The notes below the pieces were generated by a model. The model saw nothing but the letters and a program-made list of their open reading frames with translations, made no database searches and was not told the DNA's origin. Shown here in pieces: positions 30,870 through 40,330 of a DNA stretch of 64,000 bases (position 1 is its first letter; every line of letters starts with the position of its first letter). The position numbers and the translations under genes are program-made. Source of the stretch: Pseudomonadota bacterium (GTDB lineage Bacteria > Pseudomonadota > Gammaproteobacteria > Burkholderiales > Methylophilaceae); contig JBJOIS010000002.1 in the NCBI GenBank assembly GCA_046047035.1, positions 1,101 through 65,100 on the forward strand. Direction: 5' to 3'.

Positions 30870-31590
30870 GGCTGACTTTATCATTCCTGATTGGCCAGCA
30901 CCTGCCAATGTAAAAGCGATCCAAACGACTCGGCTTGGTGGATATAGCGCTGAGCCTTATGACAGCTTTAATCTTGGCTCGCATGTGCAAGATGATGTAT
31001 TGGTGGTTGCTAAAAATCGTCAATTGTTAAGTGACTATTTGCCTTCTGAACCTGTATGGCTTAATCAAGTGCATGGTGTTGATGTAATTGATGCCGCCAA
31101 TAGCTCGTGCGTTCAAGATGCGGATGCGTCGTTTACTAAAAATAAAAATGTCGTCTGTGTGACCATGACTGCTGATTGTTTGCCTGTTTTGCTATGCAAT
31201 CAGCAAGGTACTGCGGTTGCCTCTATTCATGCAGGTTGGCGCAGCTTGTGTGATGGCGTGATTGAAGCGACCATTAAATCTATGGGGCATGAGCCAGAAC
31301 ACTTAATCGCATGGCTGGGCCCTGCGATTGGTCCTGATGTTTTTGAAGTCGGTGGTGAAGTGCGCAAGGCTTTTATTGCAAAAGATAATCAAGCTGAGCA
31401 TGCTTTCATAGCCTCTGGCGATAAATGGCTAGGAAATTTATACCTCCTTGCAAAACAGCGTTTGAATAAGCAGGGTGTTGTTGAAATATATGGTGGTGGC
31501 GAATGCACATACAGCAATGCATCTCGGTACTTTTCATTTAGACGCGACGGTGTTACAGGACGTATGGCGACGATGATTTGGTTTGAATGA
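30862..31590 (+). CDS. pgeF: Purine nucleoside phosphorylase / peptidoglycan editing factor PgeF (YfiH, DUF152)
   Basis: With TTG at 30862 the product begins MSKADFIIPDWPAPANVKAIQTTRLGG, comparable to the E. coli YfiH N-terminus. It has the TADCLPV and HAGWRS motifs. The tracked ORF from 30733 is an alternative-frame run through the rluD acidic tail. Confidence 0.85.
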   Translation: MSKADFIIPDWPAPANVKAIQTTRLGGYSAEPYDSFNLGSHVQDDVLVVAKNRQLLSDYLPSEPVWLNQVHGVDVIDAANSSCVQDADASFTKNKNVVCVTMTADCLPVLLCNQQGTAVASIHAGWRSLCDGVIEATIKSMGHEPEHLIAWLGPAIGPDVFEVGGEVRKAFIAKDNQAEHAFIASGDKWLGNLYLLAKQRLNKQGVVEIYGGGECTYSNASRYFSFRRDGVTGRMATMIWFE

Positions 31591-31662
31591 GCAAGGCTTG
31601 ACACCTCGTTTATAATATCGGCTTAGCACAAAGATAATTCAAATAAAGAAACCAAAAAATAA

Positions 31663-32556
31663 ATGTTTAATGCACATATACCAACCTTAACTTGGATTGT
31701 TTCCGCGAGCTTGCTTGGCGGCGCACTTAGTGTGATGTGCGCTGGCTTTGTAGCACTCAACGCCCGTACGCAATGGATTCCAATGCTGATCAGCTATGCG
31801 ATTGGTGCTATGTTGGGGGCAGTATTTCTTGAAATATTGCCGCATGCTTTCCACGAGGCGAGCAGTGTTGAGAATATGGCAGCGACAGTGTTATTTGGGA
31901 TTTTATTATTCTTTGTGCTGGAAAAATTAGTGTTGTGGCGTCACTGTCACGGCGAGCACTGTGAAGCTCATGCCATGCATACAGAAGATGATTGTCCTGC
32001 ACATGAGGGCCAGCATCATGCAGACGCTCAAACCACGAAATTTAAAGCGGTGACAGATAAAGCGCCCTCTATCGTTAAGCCACACTCACATGGTCATCAC
32101 CATGATTCAGGCCGCAGTGGCATGATGATTATGGTGGGTGATACCTTCCATAACTTTGTGGATGGTATTTTAATCGCGGCCGCTTTTATGATTGATATTA
32201 GACTTGGCGCAGTCACTGCTATGGCGATTATCGCCCATGAAATCCCGCAAGAAGTTGGGGATTTCTTAATTCTGCTTCACTCAGGCTACAGCAAGAAACA
32301 AGCTTTGTTGTTTAATTTATTTTCAAGCTTAGCGACAGTGGTTGGTGGCGTATTGGCTTATTTTGCCTTACAAACAGTACAAAATTGGATTGCAACAATT
32401 TTAGGCTTGGCAGCGGCGAGCATGCTCTATGTGGCGGTTGCTGATTTAATTCCAGGTTTGCATAAACGTACTGAGCTTAAAGCAACCATTGCGCAAGTGG
32501 GTTTAATCGGCTTGGGAATCGGTTCTATCTGGCTGACTAAGTTCTTCCTCGAATAG
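31663..32556 (+). CDS. ZIP-family divalent metal (zinc) transporter
   Basis: 297 aa. It is multi-TM with a His/Cys-rich cytoplasmic loop (HCHGEHCEAHAMH…HSHGHHHD) and a conserved HEIPQEVGDF motif. Confidence 0.85.
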   Translation: MFNAHIPTLTWIVSASLLGGALSVMCAGFVALNARTQWIPMLISYAIGAMLGAVFLEILPHAFHEASSVENMAATVLFGILLFFVLEKLVLWRHCHGEHCEAHAMHTEDDCPAHEGQHHADAQTTKFKAVTDKAPSIVKPHSHGHHHDSGRSGMMIMVGDTFHNFVDGILIAAAFMIDIRLGAVTAMAIIAHEIPQEVGDFLILLHSGYSKKQALLFNLFSSLATVVGGVLAYFALQTVQNWIATILGLAAASMLYVAVADLIPGLHKRTELKATIAQVGLIGLGIGSIWLTKFFLE

Positions 32557-32718
32557 GGCTTTTTTCCGTTTGCGTTGCGGTGTACCTAGTATCCAAAGTA
32601 GCAGTCCGCAGGGCATTAAGCCGTAGAAGAAAAAGGTTAAGATGCCCGCCGTAAAACTAGGCTCAGTGGCTGCCATTAAAAAAGTGACGTAAAGCCAAGC
32701 AATTGCAATGATGTACAT
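32503..32718 (-). CDS. Hypothetical small membrane protein (two predicted TM helices)
   Basis: 71 aa. It has two hydrophobic segments followed by a basic patch (QRKRKK). It fills an otherwise empty 190-bp gap, but has no clear SD and its 3' end overlaps the ZIP gene by 54 nt. Confidence 0.4.
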   Translation of the reverse strand: MYIIAIAWLYVTFLMAATEPSFTAGILTFFFYGLMPCGLLLWILGTPQRKRKKALFEEELSQPDRTDSQAD

Positions 32719-32745
32719 TTTTAATATTTAAGTAGGTTAATTTTC

Positions 32746-34086
32746 ATGAGTTCAAACAACACACCTAAAGTTGGCTTCGTTTCACTTGGTTGCCCTAAAG
32801 CTGGCTCTGATGCAGAGCGTATTCTCACCCAATTGCGTGCAGAAGGCTATGAAATATCGGGCACTTATGAAGACGCTGATTTGGTGGTGGTGAACACTTG
32901 TGGGTTTATTGATAGTGCCGTTGAAGAGTCGCTTGATGCCATTGGTGAGGCTATCAACAAAAATGGCAAAGTGATTGTCACAGGCTGTTTAGGAGCCAAA
33001 AGCGGTGTTGTTCAAACAGCGCATCCTAGCGTGCTTGCCGTCACTGGACCGCATGCACTTGAAGAAGTAATGACAGCCGTTCATGCTAATTTGCCTAAAC
33101 CGCACGATCCATACGTCGATTTAGTGCCGCCACAAGGTGTACGATTAACGCCTAGCCATTATGCTTATTTAAAGATTTCTGAAGGCTGTAACCACCGTTG
33201 TAGCTTCTGCATTATTCCTAGTATGCGTGGCGATTTAGTGAGCCGTCCTGTGGGTGAGGTGTTGAATGAAGCTGAAAATCTTGTGAATGCAGGCGTTTCT
33301 GAAATTTTAGTCATTTCTCAAGACACTTCTGCATATGGTGTAGATATGAAGTACAGAAGTGGATTCTGGAATGGTCGTCCAGTAAAGACGCGTATGACTG
33401 AGCTCACAAAATCATTAAGTGAATTAGGGGTTTGGGTGCGATTGCACTATGTTTATCCATACCCGCATGTAGATGAAGTGATTCCTTTAATGGCGGATGG
33501 TTTGATTTTGCCTTATTTGGATGTGCCATTTCAGCACGCCAGCCCGCGTATTCTGAAAGCAATGAAACGCCCTGCAAGTAGTGAAAACAACTTGGCTCGT
33601 ATCAAGGCATGGCGTGACATCTGTCCAGACATAACGGTGCGCAGTACCTTTATTGCTGGCTTCCCAGGTGAGACGGAAGATGACTTCCAAATGCTGCTCG
33701 ACTTCTTAGAAGAAGCTCAGTTGGATAGGGTGGGTTGTTTTACCTATTCTGCGGTCGATGGCGCTTCAGCCAATGCGCTCCCAGACCAAGTGCCTGAAGA
33801 GGTTAAACAAGAACGTTTAGCGCGCTTTATGGAGGTTCAGGAGCGCATCAGTGCCGCTAAGCTGCAATCTAAAATTGGCACCATGCAAACAGTGCTTGTT
33901 GATGAGATTGTGGAAGACGAAGAGGGCAACATTGAAGCGATTGGCCGCACTAAGGCTGATGCGCCAGAGATTGATGGTGTGGTGTATTTGGCGGATGCTG
34001 AAGGTTTAACGCCAGGGGATTTCGTTGAAGTGCAAATCTATGATGCTGACGGTCATGATTTATGGGGTGGTCCACCTCAAGATTGA
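32746..34086 (+). CDS. rimO: Ribosomal protein S12 methylthiotransferase RimO
   Basis: 446 aa. N-terminal cluster cysteines (LGCPKA, VNTCGF), radical-SAM [10 protein letters not shown] and a C-terminal TRAM domain. Confidence 0.95.
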   Translation: MSSNNTPKVGFVSLGCPKAGSDAERILTQLRAEGYEISGTYEDADLVVVNTCGFIDSAVEESLDAIGEAINKNGKVIVTGCLGAKSGVVQTAHPSVLAVTGPHALEEVMTAVHANLPKPHDPYVDLVPPQGVRLTPSHYAYLKISEGCNHRCSFCIIPSMRGDLVSRPVGEVLNEAENLVNAGVSEILVISQDTSAYGVDMKYRSGFWNGRPVKTRMTELTKSLSELGVWVRLHYVYPYPHVDEVIPLMADGLILPYLDVPFQHASPRILKAMKRPASSENNLARIKAWRDICPDITVRSTFIAGFPGETEDDFQMLLDFLEEAQLDRVGCFTYSAVDGASANALPDQVPEEVKQERLARFMEVQERISAAKLQSKIGTMQTVLVDEIVEDEEGNIEAIGRTKADAPEIDGVVYLADAEGLTPGDFVEVQIYDADGHDLWGGPPQD

Positions 34087-34454
34087 GCTGTAAACAAGTC
34101 CGGCATGATAGGTGAGGGGCGTTCGCTGTCTGCTCTGTCTTCTAAAAAATCAAAAGTAAGAGGGCAGCGTGAAGGTTTTTTTGCAGCCTTGCGACGCTTA
34201 GTTGTTGATGCATCTAAATCGATATAGGGCGTTTGACTGATGCGGATATAACCTGATGCGCTCAGTTTGTCTGCGGATGTTTCAAATAGGCTCAATGGGT
34301 TGTCGATATTTTGCAAAGTAATGACACTCTTACTCACCTTGAGCACGTTGTACATCACAAACTTCCCTGTGGTCTGTTTGCCATATATCTCGCCAACATG
34401 AATATCCACAACGCACCTCTTTTCAATCGATGGCTGAATATTAGCGCCTAGCAC
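34077..34454 (-). CDS. Hypothetical protein, no family recognised
   Basis: 125-aa ORF with a tracked GTG start. An internal GTG at 34409 is preceded by AAGAGG and would give 110 aa. The C-terminal third is basic ([12 protein letters not shown]) and the extreme C-terminus overlaps the rimO stop region by 10 nt. Confidence 0.45.
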   Translation of the reverse strand: MLGANIQPSIEKRCVVDIHVGEIYGKQTTGKFVMYNVLKVSKSVITLQNIDNPLSLFETSADKLSASGYIRISQTPYIDLDASTTKRRKAAKKPSRCPLTFDFLEDRADSERPSPIMPDLFTAQS

Positions 34455-34554
34455 GTTTATCTACAAGCCTTGTCCTTGCTTTTTTCATGAACCATTCAGC
34501 TTATCCTTAGTCAGACAAATAACTAATTTAGTTTGAATGTGAAGGAGTAAAGGT

Positions 34555-35085
34555 ATGTTAAAGATTTGTTTGGGAGCTTTAATGATGGCCTTGTCTAGCG
34601 CTAGCTTTGCTGCTTGTCCTGATTTATATAATCACCAATTTTCAACATTGCAGGGCGGGAAGATTAATCTATGTGATTATCAAGACAAGCCTATTCTTGT
34701 TGTGAATACTGCCAGCAAATGTGGCTTTACGCCGCAGTTTGAAACGCTGGAGGCTTTGTATAAACGCTATCAATCAAAAGGTTTGTTGGTGGTTGGCTTT
34801 CCTTCTAATGACTTTAGGCAGGAGCTGGCGACTGATAAAGAGGTTGGTGATTTCTGTATCAATACTTACGCAGTTAAATTCCCTATGATTACTAAAACTT
34901 CGGTGACTGGCCCTAATGTTAACCCGCTTCATAAACAATTAATTGCTATCACTAAGCAAGCGCCTATGTGGAATTTCTACAAATACGTGATATTGCCTGG
35001 CGGTAAGCAGGTATATGCCTATAGTAGTGATGTCGACCCAGCATCTGACGAAATTATGGGTAAGATTAAACCATTCCTAAAGTAA
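34555..35085 (+). CDS. Glutathione peroxidase family protein (Cys type, with signal peptide)
   Basis: 176 aa. Signal peptide …ALSSASFA, active site VNTASKCGFT, FPSNDF and WNF motifs. Confidence 0.9.
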   Translation: MLKICLGALMMALSSASFAACPDLYNHQFSTLQGGKINLCDYQDKPILVVNTASKCGFTPQFETLEALYKRYQSKGLLVVGFPSNDFRQELATDKEVGDFCINTYAVKFPMITKTSVTGPNVNPLHKQLIAITKQAPMWNFYKYVILPGGKQVYAYSSDVDPASDEIMGKIKPFLK

Positions 35086-35110
35086 GCTTCATTACGTTGT
35101 AAAATGCCGG

Positions 35111-36112
35111 ATGGCTCAAACTACCATCCCGTTTTCTAATCTTTCCCCAGACCTTATTCTTGATGCAATTGACAGTGTAGGCATCACCACTGATGGACGT
35201 TTGCTTGCACTCAATAGTTACGAGAACCGGGTTTATCAAGCGGGTGTTGAAGATGCTTCGCCTATTGTGGCTAAGTTTTATCGCCCACATCGCTGGGATG
35301 ATGTCGCAATTCTCGAAGAGCATGCTTTCGTGCAAAGTTTGGCGGATGCGGAAATTCCAGCAGTTGCCCCAAGTTCAATTGACGGTAAGACTTTATTTAC
35401 TTACCAAGACTTCCGATTCTCTATTTTCCCTAAGCACGGTGGTCGTGCGCCTGAGTTAGACCAAGAGGGCGTGCTTGAATGGATAGGTCGTTTTATCGGA
35501 CGTATTCATAGTGTAGGCGCCCTAAGTGATTTTAAACATCGCCCGACCTTAAACATCGAGACTTTTGGCGAAGAACCAAGCGCATATTTGCTAAACGAAG
35601 GCATGATGCCTAAAGAACTTGAATTGGTTTATCGTGGCGTTGTGGCGCAGGCTTTAGATGGCGTTAGGCGTTGTTACGATAGAGCTGGGGATGTGGCGAT
35701 GCTAAGACTGCATGGCGATTGCCACATGGGAAATTTGCTATGGACAGATGCTGGCCCGCACTTTGTGGATTTTGATGATAGTCGTATGGGTCCCGCCATC
35801 CAAGATTTATGGATGATGCTCTCTGGCGATCAAGATGAAATGCAAAAGCAATTCAATGAAATACTTGTGGGTTATGAAGATTTCTACGACTTCAACCCGC
35901 GTGAACTACATTTAATTGAAGCCTTAAGAACTTTACGCCTTATTCATTACTCAGCATGGCTCGCAAGGCGTTGGGATGACCCAGCGTTTAAAGTCGCATT
36001 TACTTGGTTTAATACTCAGCGGTATTGGCAGGACAGGATATTAGAACTACGTGAACAAATTGCTTTGATGGATGAGCCGCCATTAATTGCTGGCATTTCA
36101 GGGAATTTCTAG
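35111..36112 (+). CDS. srkA: Stress response serine/threonine kinase SrkA (YihE/RdoA family)
   Basis: 333 aa. NSYENRVY, VAKFYRP.RW, HGDCHMGNLLW and DFDD motifs of the YihE family. Confidence 0.88.
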   Translation: MAQTTIPFSNLSPDLILDAIDSVGITTDGRLLALNSYENRVYQAGVEDASPIVAKFYRPHRWDDVAILEEHAFVQSLADAEIPAVAPSSIDGKTLFTYQDFRFSIFPKHGGRAPELDQEGVLEWIGRFIGRIHSVGALSDFKHRPTLNIETFGEEPSAYLLNEGMMPKELELVYRGVVAQALDGVRRCYDRAGDVAMLRLHGDCHMGNLLWTDAGPHFVDFDDSRMGPAIQDLWMMLSGDQDEMQKQFNEILVGYEDFYDFNPRELHLIEALRTLRLIHYSAWLARRWDDPAFKVAFTWFNTQRYWQDRILELREQIALMDEPPLIAGISGNF

Positions 36113-36132
36113 AAGCTAAGTTTTAGTCAGCT

Positions 36133-36939
36133 TTATTTTTGTTGAATACCAAGTCGTTGCAAGATGATTGCAGAAAGCTCTTCGATAGAACGGCTGGTTG
36201 AGTCAGCCCAAGTAATGCCAGCGTTTCTCATCAAACCTTCAGCTGTAGCAATTTCCTGTTTGCAGTTTTCAAGCGATGCGTATTTGCTATCTGGTCTTCT
36301 TTCGCTGCGAACTGAGTGCAAACGCTCAGGCTTAATCGTTAAGCCAAATATCTTGTGTATATGATTTCTTAGGGCTGCTGGCAAACTACCTCGTTCAAAG
36401 TCTTCTGGAATCAGTGGATAGTTAGCCGCTTTGATGCCAAATTGCATCGCCAAATAAATGCTGGTTGGGGTTTTTCCGCAGCGAGAGACGCCCACCAAAA
36501 TCACTTGTGCTTCTTCTAAACCACTATTGGTCATGCCATCGTCATGGTTAAGCGTAAAGTTAATGGCTTCCATACGGTCAGCGTAGTTGCTTCCCATCGC
36601 GCCGTGCGCAATCCCAGAACCAGTTAAAGGCTGCTCTCCAAGCTCTACGCCTAGTGGGTCAATAAACGTATTGAAGAGGTCGATGTAGTAAGCATCAACC
36701 TGTTTAAGTGATGTGCGTAGCTCAGAGTTGCCGAGCGACATAATAACGACAGGGCGAACGCCATCTTGCTCTGTTGCTTTTGCTATTGCAGCTTTAGCAA
36801 CATCAATTTTTTCCGGGGTATCGGTAAAAGGGAGGCGAACTTGGGTAAATTCAGTATGCGGAAAATGCTCAAGCAACTTCCCTAATGCACTGGCAGTCAT
36901 GCCAGTGCTGTCGGAAATAAATAATGCTGAGCGTTTCAC
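36133..36939 (-). CDS. ppsR: PEP synthase regulatory protein (bifunctional kinase/pyrophosphorylase, DUF299)
   Basis: 268 aa with the P-loop GVSRCGKTP. It lies immediately downstream of ppsA on the same strand. Confidence 0.9.
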   Translation of the reverse strand: MKRSALFISDSTGMTASALGKLLEHFPHTEFTQVRLPFTDTPEKIDVAKAAIAKATEQDGVRPVVIMSLGNSELRTSLKQVDAYYIDLFNTFIDPLGVELGEQPLTGSGIAHGAMGSNYADRMEAINFTLNHDDGMTNSGLEEAQVILVGVSRCGKTPTSIYLAMQFGIKAANYPLIPEDFERGSLPAALRNHIHKIFGLTIKPERLHSVRSERRPDSKYASLENCKQEIATAEGLMRNAGITWADSTSRSIEELSAIILQRLGIQQK

Positions 36940-36951
36940 GAGGTTTGACGC

Positions 36952-39324
36952 TTATTTTTGCGTCAATTTTTGCCAAGTGGCAACCACAGTATCAGGATTT
37001 AGTGATACCGATTGAATACCTTCATCTACTAACCATTGAGCAAAGTCAGGGTGATCTGATGGGCCTTGGCCGCAGATGCCGACATATTTTCCTAAACGGT
37101 TTGCAGTACTAATCGCCATGCGCAACAACACTTTAACCGCATCGTTACGCTCATCAAAGCCATCAGCCAAGATGCCAGAGTCACGGTCCATACCAAGTGT
37201 TAATTGGGTTAAATCGTTAGAGCCGATAGAGAAACCATCGAAGTATTCTAAGAACTGTTCAGCAAGCAATGCGTTAGAAGGGATTTCGCACATCATAATG
37301 AGGCGTAGGCTATTTTCACCACGTTTTAAGCCATTAGCGGCTAAGATTTCAGTCACAGCTTTAGCTTCATCCAAGGTGCGTACAAATGGAATCATGATTT
37401 CAACGTTGACCAAGCCCATTTCATCACGTACTTTCTTCATTGCCTTGCACTCCATCGCAAAGCACTCTTTGAAATCTTCTGCCATGTAACGTGCAGCGCC
37501 GCGGAAGCCAATCATTGGATTTTCTTCATCTGGCTCGTAAATGTCGCCACCAACCAATTTTTTGTACTCATTAGACTTAAAGTCAGAAGTACGCACAATC
37601 ACTGGCTTTGGATAGAAAGCAGCAGCTATGGTTGCAACACCTTCAGCGACTTTATCAATGTAGAAGTCAGTTGGGCTAGTATAGCCACGTGCACGGTTTC
37701 TAATGATCGTTTGCATAGGAGCTGGCATTGCATCGACATTCAAAATTGCTTTTGGATGGATGCCAACCATGTTGTTAATCACAAACTCTAAACGCGCAAG
37801 GCCAACACCATCGTTAGGTGTTTTAGCAAAGCCAAACGCCATATCTGGGTTGCCCACGTTCATCATGATTTTGCATGGTGGTTTGCTGAGTGCAGCAGTG
37901 GCTTGTGTGTTTACTGAGAATGGAAGGGCGCCGTGATACACGAAACCTGATTCGCCTTCAGCACATGAAACAGTGACGATTTCGCCTTCGCGTAAAATGT
38001 CAGTTGCGTTCACAGAGCCAACAATCGCTGGAATGCCTAACTCACGTGCAATAATCGCAGCGTGGCAAGTACGGCCACCACGGTTGGTGACCAAAGCGCT
38101 AGCACGTTTCATGACTGGTTCCCAGTTAGGGTCGGTCATATCAGCGACCAATACGTCACCTGGTTGCACCAAGTGCATATCAGCAGGGTCAAGCACGATA
38201 CGTACAGGGCCTGTGCCAATTTTTTGAGTTACAGCGCGGCCAACCACCATTGGTTTGGCAGCGTGCTTTTCTAATGTGAATGTTTCGGTGACGTTGTTAT
38301 TTGCTTCTTGCGATTTCACAGTCTCAGGACGTGCTTGCAAGATATATAGTTTGTTATCAACGCCGTTTTTGCCCCATTCGATATCCATTGGGCAGCCATA
38401 ATGCGATTCAATAATCATCGCATAACGTGCTAATTCTAAGATGTCTTCATTGGTGAGTGAGTAGCGGTCGCTATCGGCAGCATCAACTTCAACAGTGTGT
38501 GTACTTTTGCCAGCTTGAGTTGCATCACTAAACACCATTTTGATGAGTTTGGAACCCATAGTGCGACGAACAATTGCTGGTTTGCCTTGCGCCAATAATG
38601 GCTTGTGTACGTAGAATTCGTCAGGGTTTACAGCGCCTTGAACCACGGTCTCGCCTAAACCGTAAGATGAAGTGATAAACACAACATCTTGGAAGCCTGA
38701 TTCAGTGTCGATAGTGAACATTACGCCAGCACAACCGATATCACTGCGCACCATTTGTTGCACGCCAGCAGATAAAGCAACATCCGCATGCACAAAACCT
38801 TTGTGAACACGATAAGAAATCGCGCGGTCGTTGTATAAAGAAGCAAATACCTCTTTAATCGCGTGGAGGATATTATCCAAGCCTTGAATGTTTAAGAAAG
38901 ACTCTTGTTGTCCAGCAAATGAAGCATCTGGTAAATCTTCGGCTGTTGCAGAAGAGCGCACAGCGAATGTTGCGCCGTTGCCTGATTTAGCTGTCAATGT
39001 TGCATAGTTCTCTGCAATTGCTTTTTCAAGCGCAGCAGGGAAGGGTGCCGCCATAATCCATTCACGAATTTGCTTGCCGCAACTAGCTAGCGCAATCGTG
39101 TCATCCACGTTAAGTGATTCGAGTGCCGCAACGATTTTGGCATCTAAACCATTTTGTGCCAAAAACTCACGGTATGCATCGGCAGTGGTCGCGAAGCCAG
39201 TAGGAACGCGAACGCCTTTTGCAGAAAGCTGCGAAATCATTTCCCCTAGTGATGCATTCTTACCGCCTACTGAAGGCACATCAACGTTACGCAGGTTTTC
39301 GAAAGGAATTACATGGGCTGACAT
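36952..39324 (-). CDS. ppsA: Phosphoenolpyruvate synthase (pyruvate, water dikinase)
   Basis: 790 aa from the ATG at 39324 (GGAGAG SD 8 nt upstream). [11 protein letters not shown], the phosphohistidine motif [13 protein letters not shown] and a PEP-utilising C-terminal domain (GSNDLTQ). Confidence 0.96.
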   Translation of the reverse strand: MSAHVIPFENLRNVDVPSVGGKNASLGEMISQLSAKGVRVPTGFATTADAYREFLAQNGLDAKIVAALESLNVDDTIALASCGKQIREWIMAAPFPAALEKAIAENYATLTAKSGNGATFAVRSSATAEDLPDASFAGQQESFLNIQGLDNILHAIKEVFASLYNDRAISYRVHKGFVHADVALSAGVQQMVRSDIGCAGVMFTIDTESGFQDVVFITSSYGLGETVVQGAVNPDEFYVHKPLLAQGKPAIVRRTMGSKLIKMVFSDATQAGKSTHTVEVDAADSDRYSLTNEDILELARYAMIIESHYGCPMDIEWGKNGVDNKLYILQARPETVKSQEANNNVTETFTLEKHAAKPMVVGRAVTQKIGTGPVRIVLDPADMHLVQPGDVLVADMTDPNWEPVMKRASALVTNRGGRTCHAAIIARELGIPAIVGSVNATDILREGEIVTVSCAEGESGFVYHGALPFSVNTQATAALSKPPCKIMMNVGNPDMAFGFAKTPNDGVGLARLEFVINNMVGIHPKAILNVDAMPAPMQTIIRNRARGYTSPTDFYIDKVAEGVATIAAAFYPKPVIVRTSDFKSNEYKKLVGGDIYEPDEENPMIGFRGAARYMAEDFKECFAMECKAMKKVRDEMGLVNVEIMIPFVRTLDEAKAVTEILAANGLKRGENSLRLIMMCEIPSNALLAEQFLEYFDGFSIGSNDLTQLTLGMDRDSGILADGFDERNDAVKVLLRMAISTANRLGKYVGICGQGPSDHPDFAQWLVDEGIQSVSLNPDTVVATWQKLTQK

Positions 39325-39413
39325 AAAAAATCTCTCCATCTATCTACGTTATTTCAGTTTCCACCATTAAAAAATACGTAAATATTTTTGTTTTCAGAGT
39401 GTTAGGCTTTGTG

Positions 39414-39426
39414 TGATTATTTTTGG
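39414..39426 (+). repeat. 13-nt direct repeat copy 1 (TGATTATTTTTGG) in the ppsA upstream region
   Basis: An exact 13-mer is repeated at 39522-39534, 108 bp apart. Confidence 0.6.
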
Positions 39427-39521
39427 CTTTATCACTTAAAAGCTAAATTGGTAAAGGTAGTATTTTGCCTAATAAGCGGGCTTGTGTCACGCTGATTAGC
39501 GTCTTTGTGACTAAGAATGTT

Positions 39522-39534
39522 TGATTATTTTTGG
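39522..39534 (+). repeat. 13-nt direct repeat copy 2 (TGATTATTTTTGG)
   Basis: Exact copy of 39414-39426. Confidence 0.6.
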
Positions 39535-39629
39535 TGTTGAATTTAATGCTAGAACTATTTTGATGGCTTGAGGCTCAAAAAAAAGATAGAGTTTGGTAAG
39601 TTTAATTAAAAGCGAAAGCAAGATAAAAC

Positions 39630-39794
39630 ATGAATCAACAATCAGAAAATAGCCAGTCATCATTGAGTCTTTTGGAAGAAACCATGGCTAAAACCTGTTT
39701 CTGTAAACTTCGCGAGACCTGCCCCGATAAAACAAGCCATGAATGCTTAAAAGAGCGCAATATCTACAAAGAGTTTATGGAAAAGCAGTCTTAA
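39630..39794 (+). CDS. Possible Cys-rich mini-protein (54 aa; 36 aa if started at ATG 39684)
   Basis: This ORF is below the track cutoff: MNQQSENSQSSLSLLEETMAKTCFCKLRETCPDKTSHECLKERNIYKEFMEKQS. The internal ATG is preceded by GGAAGA. It contains four Cys (CxC-x5-C-x7-C). Its stop overlaps the convergent yaeQ stop. There is no homology evidence. Confidence 0.3.
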   Translation: MNQQSENSQSSLSLLEETMAKTCFCKLRETCPDKTSHECLKERNIYKEFMEKQS

Positions 39795-40330
39795 TTAAAG
39801 GTTTTCAATGTCGCAGGAAGAAGCGTAAAGCTTCCTGCATCGTGCGTCACTAGCATTTCGTCATCTTGAATTGTGCAGCTAATATTCATGTTTCTCGTTG
39901 CTGCACCAGTTAGCTCTTCTGTGCATGGTAAGTTAATCACAGTTAAATTATCGAGTTTGAGCAGCGCCTTGCTGTTCTGATCCCACCACATATCTGCAGT
40001 ACGACCGCCATACAGCACTAAGGCTACTTGGTTTGAGCGGCCACAAGCTTTGCGGAGAACACGTTCATCAGGCAAGCCAACTTCTACCCAAAGCTCAATT
40101 GCGCCTGTTAAATCTTTTTGCCATAAATCAGGCTCTTCATCATCACTTAAGCCTTTACCAAATGCCAGTGACTCGTCTGCAAACAATGCAAAAGCAATCA
40201 ATCTGACCATTAAGCGTTCTTCTGTCTCAGAAGGGTGTCTCGCAAGCGTTAAGCTATGAGCAGCATAGTAGTTGCTGTCCATGTTAGACACTTGCAGGTC
40301 GGCTTTGTAGATGGTGGATTTTAGTGCCAT
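39791..40330 (-). CDS. yaeQ: YaeQ family protein
   Basis: 179 aa. MALKSTIYKADLQVSNMD..YY..HSLTLARHPSETEERLMVRL is the characteristic YaeQ N-terminus. Confidence 0.88.
   Translation of the reverse strand: MALKSTIYKADLQVSNMDSNYYAAHSLTLARHPSETEERLMVRLIAFALFADESLAFGKGLSDDEEPDLWQKDLTGAIELWVEVGLPDERVLRKACGRSNQVALVLYGGRTADMWWDQNSKALLKLDNLTVINLPCTEELTGAATRNMNISCTIQDDEMLVTHDAGSFTLLPATLKTFN

Noticed and set aside
31591-31662. A possible Zur box or riboswitch upstream of the ZIP zinc transporter gene (TTGACACCTCGTTTATAATATCGG).
   Set aside because: The AT-rich segment is not palindromic and does not match a Zur-type inverted repeat by eye. The TTGACA and TATAAT hexamers are only 7 nt apart, so they do not form a canonical promoter either.
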